A stretch of DNA of 64,000 bases, taken from positions 41 through 64,040 of the forward strand of contig JBIKLF010000014.1 of NCBI GenBank assembly GCA_044359955.1, given 5' to 3'. A program made the position numbers and the translations under genes. The notes below the pieces were generated by a model that worked only from the letters and a program-made list of their open reading frames with translations, had not been told where the DNA came from and did not search any database. This DNA comes from Chthoniobacterales bacterium. Lineage in GTDB: Bacteria > Verrucomicrobiota > Verrucomicrobiia > Chthoniobacterales > JACTMZ01. Shown one piece after another: positions 45,890 through 54,806 of the stretch (position 1 is its first letter; each line of letters starts with the position of its first letter).

Positions 45890-47218
45890 ATGGAAACACT
45901 CGCCGTATCATCCGAGCCCCCCACCGCAGCGCCTTTTCCGCCCCCCACACACCGCGCCATCCTCGATTCCCTGCTCGACCCGCACCTCCTCCTTATCCCC
46001 CTCCGTAACGCTTCCGGCCGGATCACCGACTTCACCATCATGGAGGCGAACACCGCCGCCGCCGAATACTACCATCTCGACCGCGAAACCATGCCCGGTC
46101 GTCACCTTCTGGAATTCCTTCCCACGGACAACATCGGCGCCCTTCTGGCCATGGCCCGCGATGCGTATGAGTCCGGCGAACCGCTCATCGTCAACAACTA
46201 CCCTCTCGCCCTCCATATCTACGGTCAGGAAAACCGCTTCGATATCCGTGCCGTGCGCATCGATGACGAAATCGTCTGGACCTGGCGCGATGTCACCGAA
46301 CGCTACCTCGCCGCCAAACGTCTGGCCGCTTCGGAAGAACGCTACCGCCTGCTCGCCGAAAATTCCTCCGACGTCGTGACCCGCGTCCGCCGCGGCACCA
46401 TCCGATGGATCTCGCCCTCCATCACCCCGACCTTCGGCTGGGCCGTGGACGAATGCACCGGACACCTCGTCTCAAGCTTCATCGGGGAAGAACACCAGAC
46501 GCAATGCGCCGGATACATGGCCGAGCTGGAAGCCGGCCACACCGTGCGCGGACGAACCATCGTGCGCGCCAAGGACGGAACCCGGCACTGGATCGAGACG
46601 CACGCCAGTCCCTACCTCGATGCCAACGGACATCACGACGGCTTCGTCGCCACCAGTCGTATCGTCGACGCGCAGGTGGCCGCCGAGCAAGAACTCGAAC
46701 ACCGGGCCCGCACCGACGACCTCACCCAGCTCCTCAACCGCAAAGAAGTCCTCAGCCGTATCGAAACCCTCGGCGCGCAATCCCGCCGCACCGGACAGCA
46801 ACTTGCCGTCCTCTTCTGCGACCTCGACCGCTTCAAAAACATCAACGACACCCACGGCCATGCCGTCGGCGACGAAGTCCTCCGCACCATGGCCCGCCGG
46901 CTCCGGGAAACCCTCCGCACCAGCGACGACCTCGCCGCCCGGGTCGGCGGTGACGAACTCCTTGTTGTCCTCCACGGCGTGCAAGACACGGAGAACGCCG
47001 CGGCCGTCGCCGAAAAATTGCGCACCGCCGCGATGGAACCGATCTCCACCACCGACGGCCCGGTCGTCGTCACCCTCAGCATCGGAGTCACCCTCGCACA
47101 ACCGGATGAATCGACCGATACCCTCGTCGCACGCGCCGATGCCGCCATGTATCAAGCCAAACACAACGGACGCAACCGCGTGATTTCCTTCAACGGACAA
47201 GAACCCTCACTCCCTTAA
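45890..47218 (+). CDS. PAS-PAS-GGDEF diguanylate cyclase (active-site variant GGDEL)
   Basis: 442 aa. Two PAS-like blocks, then DDLTQLLNRKEV, FCDLDRFKNINDTHGHAVGDEVL, RVGGDELLVVL, MYQAKHNGRNR. Confidence 0.92.
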   Translation: METLAVSSEPPTAAPFPPPTHRAILDSLLDPHLLLIPLRNASGRITDFTIMEANTAAAEYYHLDRETMPGRHLLEFLPTDNIGALLAMARDAYESGEPLIVNNYPLALHIYGQENRFDIRAVRIDDEIVWTWRDVTERYLAAKRLAASEERYRLLAENSSDVVTRVRRGTIRWISPSITPTFGWAVDECTGHLVSSFIGEEHQTQCAGYMAELEAGHTVRGRTIVRAKDGTRHWIETHASPYLDANGHHDGFVATSRIVDAQVAAEQELEHRARTDDLTQLLNRKEVLSRIETLGAQSRRTGQQLAVLFCDLDRFKNINDTHGHAVGDEVLRTMARRLRETLRTSDDLAARVGGDELLVVLHGVQDTENAAAVAEKLRTAAMEPISTTDGPVVVTLSIGVTLAQPDESTDTLVARADAAMYQAKHNGRNRVISFNGQEPSLP

Positions 47219-47409
47219 ATCCGGTGCACATTTCTCCCGCTCTCGCTCAACTCAGACGGCAACAACGTCACTATAAAGAAAGTATTGACACTAAAAACAC
47301 CGGGGACTACCAAGATTATTTAAATTTCTTGTCGAAGGTTTCCCCCCTATTTGTGAAGTCGCCAAGCAAGCAGGCCCGCAAGCGCCGCTCTTCTCTCAGT
47401 GCGAAGAGA

Positions 47410-48216
47410 ATGCCCCCGCAGACCGAGCAACGAAACGGCACGCAGGGCCAGCATGCACCGAACGGCGCCCGCCCCCTCGTTTTGGAACGGCGTGAAAACA
47501 AGGATTCGTTGGGCGACGCGATCTTGCATGTCCGCGAACTTGAGGCGCTGGCGCAGAGCCTGATTCAGACCAGCGAGCAGAAACAGCAAGGCATTAGCCG
47601 TGAACTCCACGACAATATCGCCCAAGTTCTCGCCGCCACCACCAACCGAATCACGCTCGCCAGGAACGAAAAAATGCCTGCCTGGCTGCGCCAGGAACTG
47701 CTCGACCTCCGCGCTCAACTCGAAGGAGCCCTGCAGGATGTCCGCACGCTCGCACGTGACCTTCGCCCCGCCCTCCTCGACCACTTCGGTTTCGCCGCCG
47801 CACTCGAAAAGTGCGCCGACGGCTTCCGCCAGCGTTCCCGCATCACGCTTGATATCCGGATCGAACCCGACACGGTCAACTTCCTCGCCTGCGAAAACCT
47901 CACCCACCTTTTCCGCCTCGCCCAAGAAGCCCTCCAAAATATCGAAGACCACTCCGCCGCAACCCAAGCCTGGTTCACCCTGGCGCAGAACAACGGCACC
48001 ATGCACCTCGAGATTGGCGACAATGGCCGCGCCTTCACCCCGGAGCGCGTGGCCGAAGCGCAAGGCGACGGACACCTCGGACTCCTCGGCATTCGCGAAC
48101 GCGCCGAACTCCTCGGCGGTTCTCTCCTCCTCGAAGCCGTGCCCGACCAAGGCACCACCATCCGCGTCGAAATACCCGTCCCCCCCCCCCCCCGCACGCG
48201 GTCCCGCAAAACCTGA
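47410..48216 (+). CDS. Soluble HisKA_3-type sensor histidine kinase (no TM or recognisable sensor domain)
   Basis: Track ORF 47224..48216 (GTG). Its first ~60 codons are AT-rich and look non-coding, so Met63 (47410) is preferred. H-box ISRELHDNIAQVL, then GDNGRAF and GLLGIRERAELLGG. Confidence 0.85.
   Translation: MPPQTEQRNGTQGQHAPNGARPLVLERRENKDSLGDAILHVRELEALAQSLIQTSEQKQQGISRELHDNIAQVLAATTNRITLARNEKMPAWLRQELLDLRAQLEGALQDVRTLARDLRPALLDHFGFAAALEKCADGFRQRSRITLDIRIEPDTVNFLACENLTHLFRLAQEALQNIEDHSAATQAWFTLAQNNGTMHLEIGDNGRAFTPERVAEAQGDGHLGLLGIRERAELLGGSLLLEAVPDQGTTIRVEIPVPPPPRTRSRKT
48180..48193 (+). repeat. C14 homopolymer in the last codons of the kinase gene
   Basis: 14 consecutive C, read directly from the sequence. 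They encode VPPPPR, 21 nt before the stop and 33 nt before the regulator ATG. Confidence 0.95.
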
Positions 48217-48225
48217 CTAATTAAA

Positions 48226-48912
48226 ATGAAACCAACCTCCGTTCTCATCATCGACGACCATCGAATGATGCGTGATGCTCTCGTCAACATTCTCGGCCGC
48301 CACAAAGATATCCATGTCATAGGACAAGCTTGCGACGGTCGTCAAGGCGCCGAGCAAGCCGCCAAGCTCAAACCCGATGTCGTCACCCTTGATGTCGCCA
48401 TGCCCAACCTCAACGGGCTCGATGCCGCTCGCCAGATCCGCCGCCAGTCGGCCGCCACGCGTATCGTCATCCTCACCGCTTACGAAGACGATCTCTTCAT
48501 CCAGCACGCCCTCGAAGCCGGCGTCGACGGCTACGTCTCGAAAACCTCCGCTGCCGAAACGCTGGCCGAAGCGGTGCGCCAAGTTGCCCAGGGCCACAAA
48601 GCCTTCTCGCCCGCGGTCAAACGACGCATCCCGCAATACGAAAAGTCCGAAGGTGGCCGCAAACTCCGGCGCCGCAAATCCGACACCCTCACCGCGCGCG
48701 AGACCGAAGTCCTCCAACTCATCGCCGAAGGCAACGCCAACAAACAGACCGCGGACCAACTCGGCATCAGCATCAAGACCGTCGAGAAACACCGCCAAGC
48801 CTTGATGAACAAGCTCCACATCCACGACACCGCCAGCCTCACCCGCCACGCGATTGCCTCCGGCATGGTCGAAACTTCCGCCCACTCCCCGCTCAACCAC
48901 CGGTCCAGCTGA
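48226..48912 (+). CDS. NarL/FixJ-family response regulator (REC + LuxR HTH)
   Basis: 228 aa. LIIDDHRMM, DVVTLDVAMPNLNG, LTARETEVLQLIAEGNANKQTADQLGISIKTVEKHR. Confidence 0.95.
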   Translation: MKPTSVLIIDDHRMMRDALVNILGRHKDIHVIGQACDGRQGAEQAAKLKPDVVTLDVAMPNLNGLDAARQIRRQSAATRIVILTAYEDDLFIQHALEAGVDGYVSKTSAAETLAEAVRQVAQGHKAFSPAVKRRIPQYEKSEGGRKLRRRKSDTLTARETEVLQLIAEGNANKQTADQLGISIKTVEKHRQALMNKLHIHDTASLTRHAIASGMVETSAHSPLNHRSS

Positions 48913-48993
48913 CGCAGACAAAACCTTAAGCCTAACCATGCCGAAGCCGCGGCCATGGACAGGCTGTCGCCGAACGAAATGTTCGTTCAGCAG

Positions 48994-49057
48994 GTAGGGA
49001 CGAGCGGCCCGCTCGTCCGCTCCCCAACCAACGGACGCGATAGCCGCGCGTCCCTAC
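48994..49057. repeat. Paired-hairpin palindromic element, family 1, copy 3 (inside composite repeat ~48925..49125)
   Basis: GTAGGGACGAGCGGCCCGCTCGTCC GCTCCCCAACCAAC GGACGCGATAGCCGCGCGTCCCTAC. Confidence 0.85.
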
Positions 49058-49401
49058 CTAAGCCTGCAAATTCTGAGCCCGTCACGATCAGACAACACGG
49101 CCGGTAGGGCCGGGGCCTCCGGACCCGCCGCACGACTATGGATTCGTCGGCGGGGACGCCGACGCTGCAGGAACATGTAGCGGCGCCGTCCCCGGCGCCG
49201 AAGCACCCAGCGACGTCGCGCCCTGCCTTCACAGCGTATAGAGCCCCGCTTACTCCCCAACCACACCCGCCAAAGCGCGGGCTCAGGGACTCCCGCCTAC
49301 ATTAGGGGCGACGCCTTGGCCGACATCAACCGCCTCGCGCCGGACGCAATCATATCGAAGCAGCCGCACCGGCCATCGTGCCGCTGCCCGACGGCCGCTC
49401 C

Positions 49402-49806
49402 CTAAATCCTCAGCGTCTTGAGCGCCGCCAAAGCTGCCTTGGGATGGCTCACGCGCAAGATGAGCAACCCGCGCACATCTGCCGGATGACTCGCGAGGTA
49501 AGCGTAGTCGATGTTGATTTTCTTTTTCGACAGCACCTTGGCAATTTTTGACAGCGCGCCCGGATGGTTGCGATTTTCCACCATGAGGACGTCATGCTCC
49601 ACGACCAGCGTCCCGCGTTCCTCGAAAATCACCAGCGCGCGGTCCGCATCATCGACCACCAAACGCACCACGCTGTGGTCGGTCGTGTCCGACGTGGCCA
49701 AACCCCAGATGCTGATCCCCTCTTGGGCCAGCGCATCGCAGACGGCGGCGAGGGTTCCGGGTTTGTTTTCGATAAAGACGGCGAGTTGGGTGACGATTTT
49801 GACCAT
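49402..49806 (-). CDS. Tandem ACT-domain protein
   Basis: 134 aa. Two ACT-like halves (LAVFIENKPGTLAAVCDAL... and LMVENRNHPGALSKIAKVL...). Confidence 0.85.
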   Translation of the reverse strand: MVKIVTQLAVFIENKPGTLAAVCDALAQEGISIWGLATSDTTDHSVVRLVVDDADRALVIFEERGTLVVEHDVLMVENRNHPGALSKIAKVLSKKKINIDYAYLASHPADVRGLLILRVSHPKAALAALKTLRI

Positions 49807-49982
49807 AAAAGTTTTGGCGGTTGGCAGCCCGCGCCATGAGGACGCGCTGTTGCCTTGAACTTAGCCCTGTCCCACCCGCTGCTCAATCACCATCCTCCCA
49901 TCTTCGTTTCCTTCGTTACCTTCTGTTCAAATCACCCGCTGGCATCCGGCACGCCGCGCGTTTAAGCTGACGGGTTACTGCC

Positions 49983-52130
49983 ATGTCCTTCCGCCTCGCC
50001 TCCCCCCACGCACCCTGCGGCGACCAAGGACCCGCCATCGACAAGCTCACCCGCTCGCTCGAGGCGGGCCATCGCCACCAGACCCTCCTCGGCGTGACCG
50101 GCTCGGGCAAAACTTTCACCGCCGCCAACATCGTCCGCAACCTCGACCGCCCCACCCTCGTCATTTCGCACAACAAGACCCTGGCCGCGCAGCTCTACTC
50201 GGAATTCAAACAGTTCTTCCCCGACAACGCCGTCGAATATTTCGTCAGCTATTTCGACTACTACCAACCCGAAGCTTACATCCCGCGCACCGACACCTAC
50301 ATCGAAAAAGATTCCGCCATCAACGAGGAGATCGAGCGCCTTCGTCTCTCCGCTACCAGCTCCCTCCTGACGCGCCGCGACGTCCTTGTCGTCGCCAGTG
50401 TGTCCTGCATCTACGGCCTCGGCTCGCCGGAGGATTACCAGAAAATGCTCCTTCCCTTGAAAACCGGCGAAGAACTTTCGCGCGAAGCCTTCCTCGGGCG
50501 CCTCGTCGATCTGCTCTACGAGCGCAATGACATCGCCTTCGGGCGCGGCAAATTCCGGGTCCGCGGCGATGTCGTCGAGGTCCATCCGGCCAACCTCGAC
50601 GAAGAAGCCGTGCGCGTGGAATTTTTCGGCGACAACATCGACCGCATCAGCATGTTCGACCCGCTGACCGGCAACGTCTCGGAAACCTTGCCCGGACTGA
50701 CCATTTTCCCGGCCAAACAATTCGTCACCCCGCAGGACAAACTCCGCCGCGCGCTGGGCACCATCCGCACCGAACTCGACGAACGCCTCGCCGAACTCGA
50801 GTCCCAAGGCAAACTCCTCGAATCCCAGCGCCTCAAAATGCGCACCGAGTTCGACCTCGAAATGATGGAAGAAATGGGCTTCTGCACCGGGATCGAAAAT
50901 TATTCGCGCCACCTCAGCGGACGCCCCCCCGGTTCGCGCCCCTTCACCCTCCTCGACTTTTTTCCCAAGGATTACCTCTGCGTGATCGACGAATCGCACG
51001 CCTCCATCCCGCAGATCGGCGGCATGTATGCCGGCGACCGCTCGCGCAAACAGGTCCTCGTCGACTACGGCTTCCGCCTGCCCAGCGCGATGGACAACCG
51101 CCCGCTCAACTTCCCCGAGTTCATGGGCATGACCAACCAACTCCTCTACATGAGCGCCACGCCCGGCGATTTCGAAATCCGCAACAGCCACGTCGGGAAC
51201 ACGGGATTCCTCCCTGCCGTCCGCCCCGACAACCGCCTGACCCTCGAGGAAAGTGCCGCCCTCCTCCAGCGCGCCCGCGACGAGTTCGATGTCTCCACCC
51301 CCGGCGCCCCGCTCGTCGCCGAACAAATCATCCGCCCCACCGGGCTCCTCGACCCGCAAATCACCGTCCGCCCGCTCAAAGACCAGATCGACGAAACGAT
51401 CGAACTCTGCCGTCAACGGATCGAAAAGAAACAACGCATCCTCGTCACCACCCTGACCAAACGCACCGCCGAAGACCTTTCCGACTACCTGCGCGATGTC
51501 GGACTCAAGGTCCGCTACCTGCACAGCGACATCGACACCATCGAACGCGTGGAAATCCTCCGCGCACTGCGCACCGGCGAGTTCGATATCCTCGTCGGCA
51601 TCAACCTCCTCCGCGAGGGCCTCGACCTCCCCGAAGTCGGACTGGTCTGCATCCTCGACGCCGACAAGGAAGGCTACCTGCGCAGCCAGACCTCGCTCAT
51701 CCAGACCGCCGGACGCGCCGCCCGCCACGTCGACGGCGAGGTCGTGCTCTTCGCCGACAACATGACCGGCAGCATCCGTGCCCTGATCGAGATCAGCGAC
51801 TACCGCCGCCGCCGCCAGATGGAATACAACGAGCAGCACGGCATCACCCCCCGCAGCGTGGTCCGCGCCGTGCAAGAAAGCCTCCACGTCATCCTCAAAG
51901 GCAAATCCGAAGAAACCGCCCGCATCGCCGAGTCCGCCGAAGGCCTCTCCCTCTCCGATCTCCTCGGCGAACTGAACCAAGAAATGGAAGAAGCCTCCGC
52001 CGCCCTCGAATTCGAACGCGCCGCCCTCCTCCGCGACCAGATTATGGAACTCAAAGCCGGCACCGGCCTCGAAAAAATCTCCCCGTCCCGCCGCCCCGTC
52101 ACCTACGCTGCCAAAAAACGCCGCCGATGA
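49983..52130 (+). CDS. uvrB: Excinuclease ABC subunit B
   Basis: 715 aa. [22 protein letters not shown]-type beta-hairpin region ([12 protein letters not shown]), DESH, and the C-terminal UVR motif [17 protein letters not shown]. Confidence 0.98.
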   Translation: MSFRLASPHAPCGDQGPAIDKLTRSLEAGHRHQTLLGVTGSGKTFTAANIVRNLDRPTLVISHNKTLAAQLYSEFKQFFPDNAVEYFVSYFDYYQPEAYIPRTDTYIEKDSAINEEIERLRLSATSSLLTRRDVLVVASVSCIYGLGSPEDYQKMLLPLKTGEELSREAFLGRLVDLLYERNDIAFGRGKFRVRGDVVEVHPANLDEEAVRVEFFGDNIDRISMFDPLTGNVSETLPGLTIFPAKQFVTPQDKLRRALGTIRTELDERLAELESQGKLLESQRLKMRTEFDLEMMEEMGFCTGIENYSRHLSGRPPGSRPFTLLDFFPKDYLCVIDESHASIPQIGGMYAGDRSRKQVLVDYGFRLPSAMDNRPLNFPEFMGMTNQLLYMSATPGDFEIRNSHVGNTGFLPAVRPDNRLTLEESAALLQRARDEFDVSTPGAPLVAEQIIRPTGLLDPQITVRPLKDQIDETIELCRQRIEKKQRILVTTLTKRTAEDLSDYLRDVGLKVRYLHSDIDTIERVEILRALRTGEFDILVGINLLREGLDLPEVGLVCILDADKEGYLRSQTSLIQTAGRAARHVDGEVVLFADNMTGSIRALIEISDYRRRRQMEYNEQHGITPRSVVRAVQESLHVILKGKSEETARIAESAEGLSLSDLLGELNQEMEEASAALEFERAALLRDQIMELKAGTGLEKISPSRRPVTYAAKKRRR

Positions 52131-52207
52131 ACTGCCCTCCCCGCCCGTGACGACCGCTCCATCTGCCCTCTTTAAACTTAAAACATAAAACTTAAAACTT
52201 TCCCCGC

Positions 52208-53341
52208 ATGCCTCCCGCCAAACCCAAAAAAGCCCCCCCCGCCACCGCCATCCACCTCGTCGCCGGCAACGACGAAATGGCCGTCAAATCCCGCGCCAAA
52301 GAACTCGCCGCGGAACTCTCCCCGGCCGAAGGCGGCGAATTCGCGGTCGAGACGATCGACGCCCACGCGGACAACTCCGAGCATGCCGCCTCGATCATCC
52401 GTGAAACCATCCTCTCGCTCAGCATGGCCGGCTTCCTCTCCTCGGAAAAACTCGTCTGGCTGAAGAGCGCCAATTTCCTTTCCGACACCCAACTCGGCGG
52501 CAGCAAGGCCGTTCTCGAAGCCCTCGAGGAATTGCTCAAAGTCCTCGAAGGCGGCTTCCCCGCAGGCACCCGCTTCCTCCTCAGCGCCATCAGCCCCGAC
52601 AAACGCCGCACCGCCTACAAATCGCTGACCAAACTCGCCACCACCGACCTCCGTGACAAACCCTCGGGCGGCCCGCGCTTCGACGAAGACGAAGCCGCCC
52701 GCCAAGCCGCCTCGTCGGCCGCGCGCGAGCGCAAGTTGAAATTCCACCCCGACGCCCTCGAGCGCTTCGCCGCCTACGTCGGTTCGGACACCCGCCAAGT
52801 CCTCAACGAACTCGACAAAATCGACACCTACCTCGGCGACGAGCGCCGCGAGATCCTCGAGGAAGACATCCGCCTCCTGGTCCCCGAAACCCGCCGCGGC
52901 ATCATCTTCGAACTCGGCAACTGCCTCGCCCGCCGCAATCTCCGCGACGCCAGCAATTGCCTGCAAAAACTCCTCGCCCAAGGCGAGGACTCCGTCGGCC
53001 TCCTCTACGCCGCCATCATGCCCACCATCCAGCGCATGACCGCCGCCGCTATCCTCATCGAGGAATACGGCCTCCGCGTGCCCCCGAATTACCAGTCATT
53101 CCAAAGCGCTCTCGACCGACTCCCGGCCGACGCCCAGGAAATCCTCCCGAGAAAAAAGGACGGCACCCTCAACGCCTACGGTTTCTATATGTCCGCCCAA
53201 GAAGCCAAACGCTTCAAAGCCGCCGAACTCGCCGAAGCCACCATCGCCTGCGCCGAAGCCACCACCGCGATCATGTCCACCGGCTCCGACCCCGCCCTCA
53301 TTTTGCAGCAACTGCTGGTGCGAATTCTGACCCCGCGGTAA
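52208..53341 (+). CDS. holA: DNA polymerase III delta subunit (HolA-like)
   Basis: 377 aa. Length, position and N-terminal IHLVAGNDEMAVKSRAKEL-type start fit HolA. Sequence conservation in this family is low, so the call is moderate. Confidence 0.6.
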   Translation: MPPAKPKKAPPATAIHLVAGNDEMAVKSRAKELAAELSPAEGGEFAVETIDAHADNSEHAASIIRETILSLSMAGFLSSEKLVWLKSANFLSDTQLGGSKAVLEALEELLKVLEGGFPAGTRFLLSAISPDKRRTAYKSLTKLATTDLRDKPSGGPRFDEDEAARQAASSAARERKLKFHPDALERFAAYVGSDTRQVLNELDKIDTYLGDERREILEEDIRLLVPETRRGIIFELGNCLARRNLRDASNCLQKLLAQGEDSVGLLYAAIMPTIQRMTAAAILIEEYGLRVPPNYQSFQSALDRLPADAQEILPRKKDGTLNAYGFYMSAQEAKRFKAAELAEATIACAEATTAIMSTGSDPALILQQLLVRILTPR

Positions 53342-53462
53342 GGCCGGCGGCTAAACCCCTGTGATGCAACAGGTAGAAGTGGCCCCGCAGGTGCGGGGAC
53401 GCCGCTTCTGCTTTATCAACATCCCCCTTGACGTCGCCGCCACGAAGATACATTGTAGACAC

Positions 53463-53705
53463 ATGACCACCACCGTCCAGAAGTGGGGCAACAGCCTCGC
53501 CCTCCGCATTCCGAGCGCCTACGCCGCCGAGACCAATCTGGCGGAGAGTTCGCCGGTCGAACTCAGACTAAAAGCCGGCTCGATCGTCATCCGACCCGTC
53601 ACGCGCAAGCGTCACAAACTGGACACCCTCTTGCGCGGCATCACCCCGCGCAACCGCCACACGGCCACCCAGACCGGTCCGGCCGTCGGCCAAGAGGTTT
53701 GGTGA
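53463..53705 (+). CDS. mazE: MazE-type antitoxin (AbrB/SpoVT fold)
   Basis: Met35 of ORF 53361..53705. MTTTVQKWGNSLALRIPSAYA is the classic MazE start. Confidence 0.88.
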   Translation: MTTTVQKWGNSLALRIPSAYAAETNLAESSPVELRLKAGSIVIRPVTRKRHKLDTLLRGITPRNRHTATQTGPAVGQEVW

Positions 53706-54046
53706 TGAGGTATGTTCCGCGTCGCGGGGACATCGTCTGGCTCAGCTTCGACCCGCAAGCCGGGCACGAACAAGCCGGACGCCGGCCTGCGTTCGTCGTT
53801 TCGCCCCAGGCTTACAACGGCAAGACCGGCCTTTTCCTGGCCTGCCCAATCACCTCGAAAGTGAAGGGCTACCCCTTCGAGGTCCGGCTGCCGGAGAACT
53901 TGGAAGTGGACGGGGTCATCCTCGCCGATCAAATCAAGAGCCTTGATTGGAAGGCCCGCCGTGCCAAATTCGCGGCCAGGACGGATGATCGCGTGATCGA
54001 CGAAGTCGCCGCTCTGATTTTGCCCCTCATCGATGAAAACGCCTGA
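53705..54046 (+). CDS. mazF: MazF/PemK-type endoribonuclease toxin
   Basis: Met75 of ORF 53483..54046. YVPRRGDIVWLSFDPQAGHEQAGRRPAFVVSP, LACPITSKVKGYPFEV. The start overlaps the mazE stop by 1 nt. Confidence 0.9.
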   Translation: MRYVPRRGDIVWLSFDPQAGHEQAGRRPAFVVSPQAYNGKTGLFLACPITSKVKGYPFEVRLPENLEVDGVILADQIKSLDWKARRAKFAARTDDRVIDEVAALILPLIDENA

Positions 54047-54090
54047 CGACCCAAATTGACCTTGGACAAATGTGGACATATTTGGTCCAC

Positions 54091-54363
54091 ATGAAAACTG
54101 CCACCGGCCGCGGCCTGCGCAACAACTTCTCCCGCCTCGAAGCCTGGCTGGCCGTAAGCGAGACGGCGCAGATCCGCAAACGCGGCGAGACCGTCGCCGA
54201 ATTGCGCAAGCCCTCGCGCCGCACGAAGGCCGAGCCGCCGATGCCGGATTTCATTCCGCAAGCCATCTCTCCCGCTGCATCAAATCCGCCGAAGGCTGTT
54301 CACCCGGCGAGATGCGAACCAGAAAATAGCGTTTGGGGAATCACGCCCTGGCGAGCTTCATGA
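54091..54363 (+). pseudogene. Phd/YefM-VapB-like antitoxin gene with aberrant C-terminus and no toxin partner
   Basis: MKTATGRGLRNNFSRLEAWLAVSETAQIRKRGETVAELRKP....MPDF fits the antitoxin family. The tail changes character: a family-like ..SPGEM.. ending sits in another frame. No PIN/toxin ORF follows. Confidence 0.5.
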
Positions 54364-54463
54364 ACCCTTTGGCGATGTTTAAGGCCCGCGCGACCGGCAC
54401 CCCGGCGAGCCCGCCGGTCCGGGGTCGGTGGGTTATCGTGACCATGAGCCTAACGCGCTCGAC

Positions 54464-54561
54464 CTCCCGAGTAACTCGAAGCGTTTTTAGGCAGCGACGG
54501 TCATAGACCGCCGCTACAAGTTTTTGTCGAGATGTAGCGGCGCTCTATGAGCGTCGGTGCC
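54464..54561. repeat. Structured interspersed repeat, family 2, copy 1 (17-bp-stem hairpin 54502..54549)
   Basis: CTCCCGAGTAACTCGAAG....GGTCATAGACCGCCGCTACA-14 nt-TGTAGCGGCGCTCTATG...GTCGGTGCC. Second copy at 61005..61103, partial copy at 49176..49296. Confidence 0.85.
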
Positions 54562-54630
54562 TTTGCCCCTGGCAGTGATGGTAGCCCCAGTTACTCCCAG
54601 CACACACCCGCCAACGCGCGGGTTCAGGGA

Positions 54631-54678
54631 CTCCCCAAGAATACGGATGATTTGTTCTAAAGTGTGTCGGTTCTTCAT
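54631..54678 (-). pseudogene. IS3-family orfA 5' remnant (about 16 codons)
   Basis: MKNRHTLEQIIRILGE resembles the start of IS3/IS911-type OrfA (..FT.EQII.IL.E). The reading frame then runs into repeat family 2. Confidence 0.35.
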
Positions 54679-54806
54679 GGGCTCTACGGGTTTCACTCCG
54701 CAGAACTCTCACTCAACACTGTCTAGTTTTCGGGAGCTGGATCATCTTTCATCAAACCCGCTCTCTCAACCCCTCCTCGCCTGAACAACCTTCTGAAACT
54801 TCACAT

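Noticed and set aside
48932-48996. Small ORF inside repeat family 1 (MPKPRPWTG...), also at 15366 and 44949
   Set aside because: The copies differ by indels and non-synonymous changes without codon periodicity, and they end at different stops. The conservation is better explained at the DNA/RNA level.
49807-49982. LexA/SOS box upstream of uvrB
   Set aside because: I searched by eye for palindromes of the TGTTC-N4-GAACA or CTGT-N8-ACAG type. Only a half-site-like CTGTTC is present.
54364-54463. 34-codon minus-strand ORF (MVTITHRPRTGGLAGVPVARALNIAKGFMKLARA) as a recombinase/transposase tail or toxin remnant
   Set aside because: It is too short and I recognise no motif. It is mentioned only because it lies between the decayed antitoxin and the repeat.
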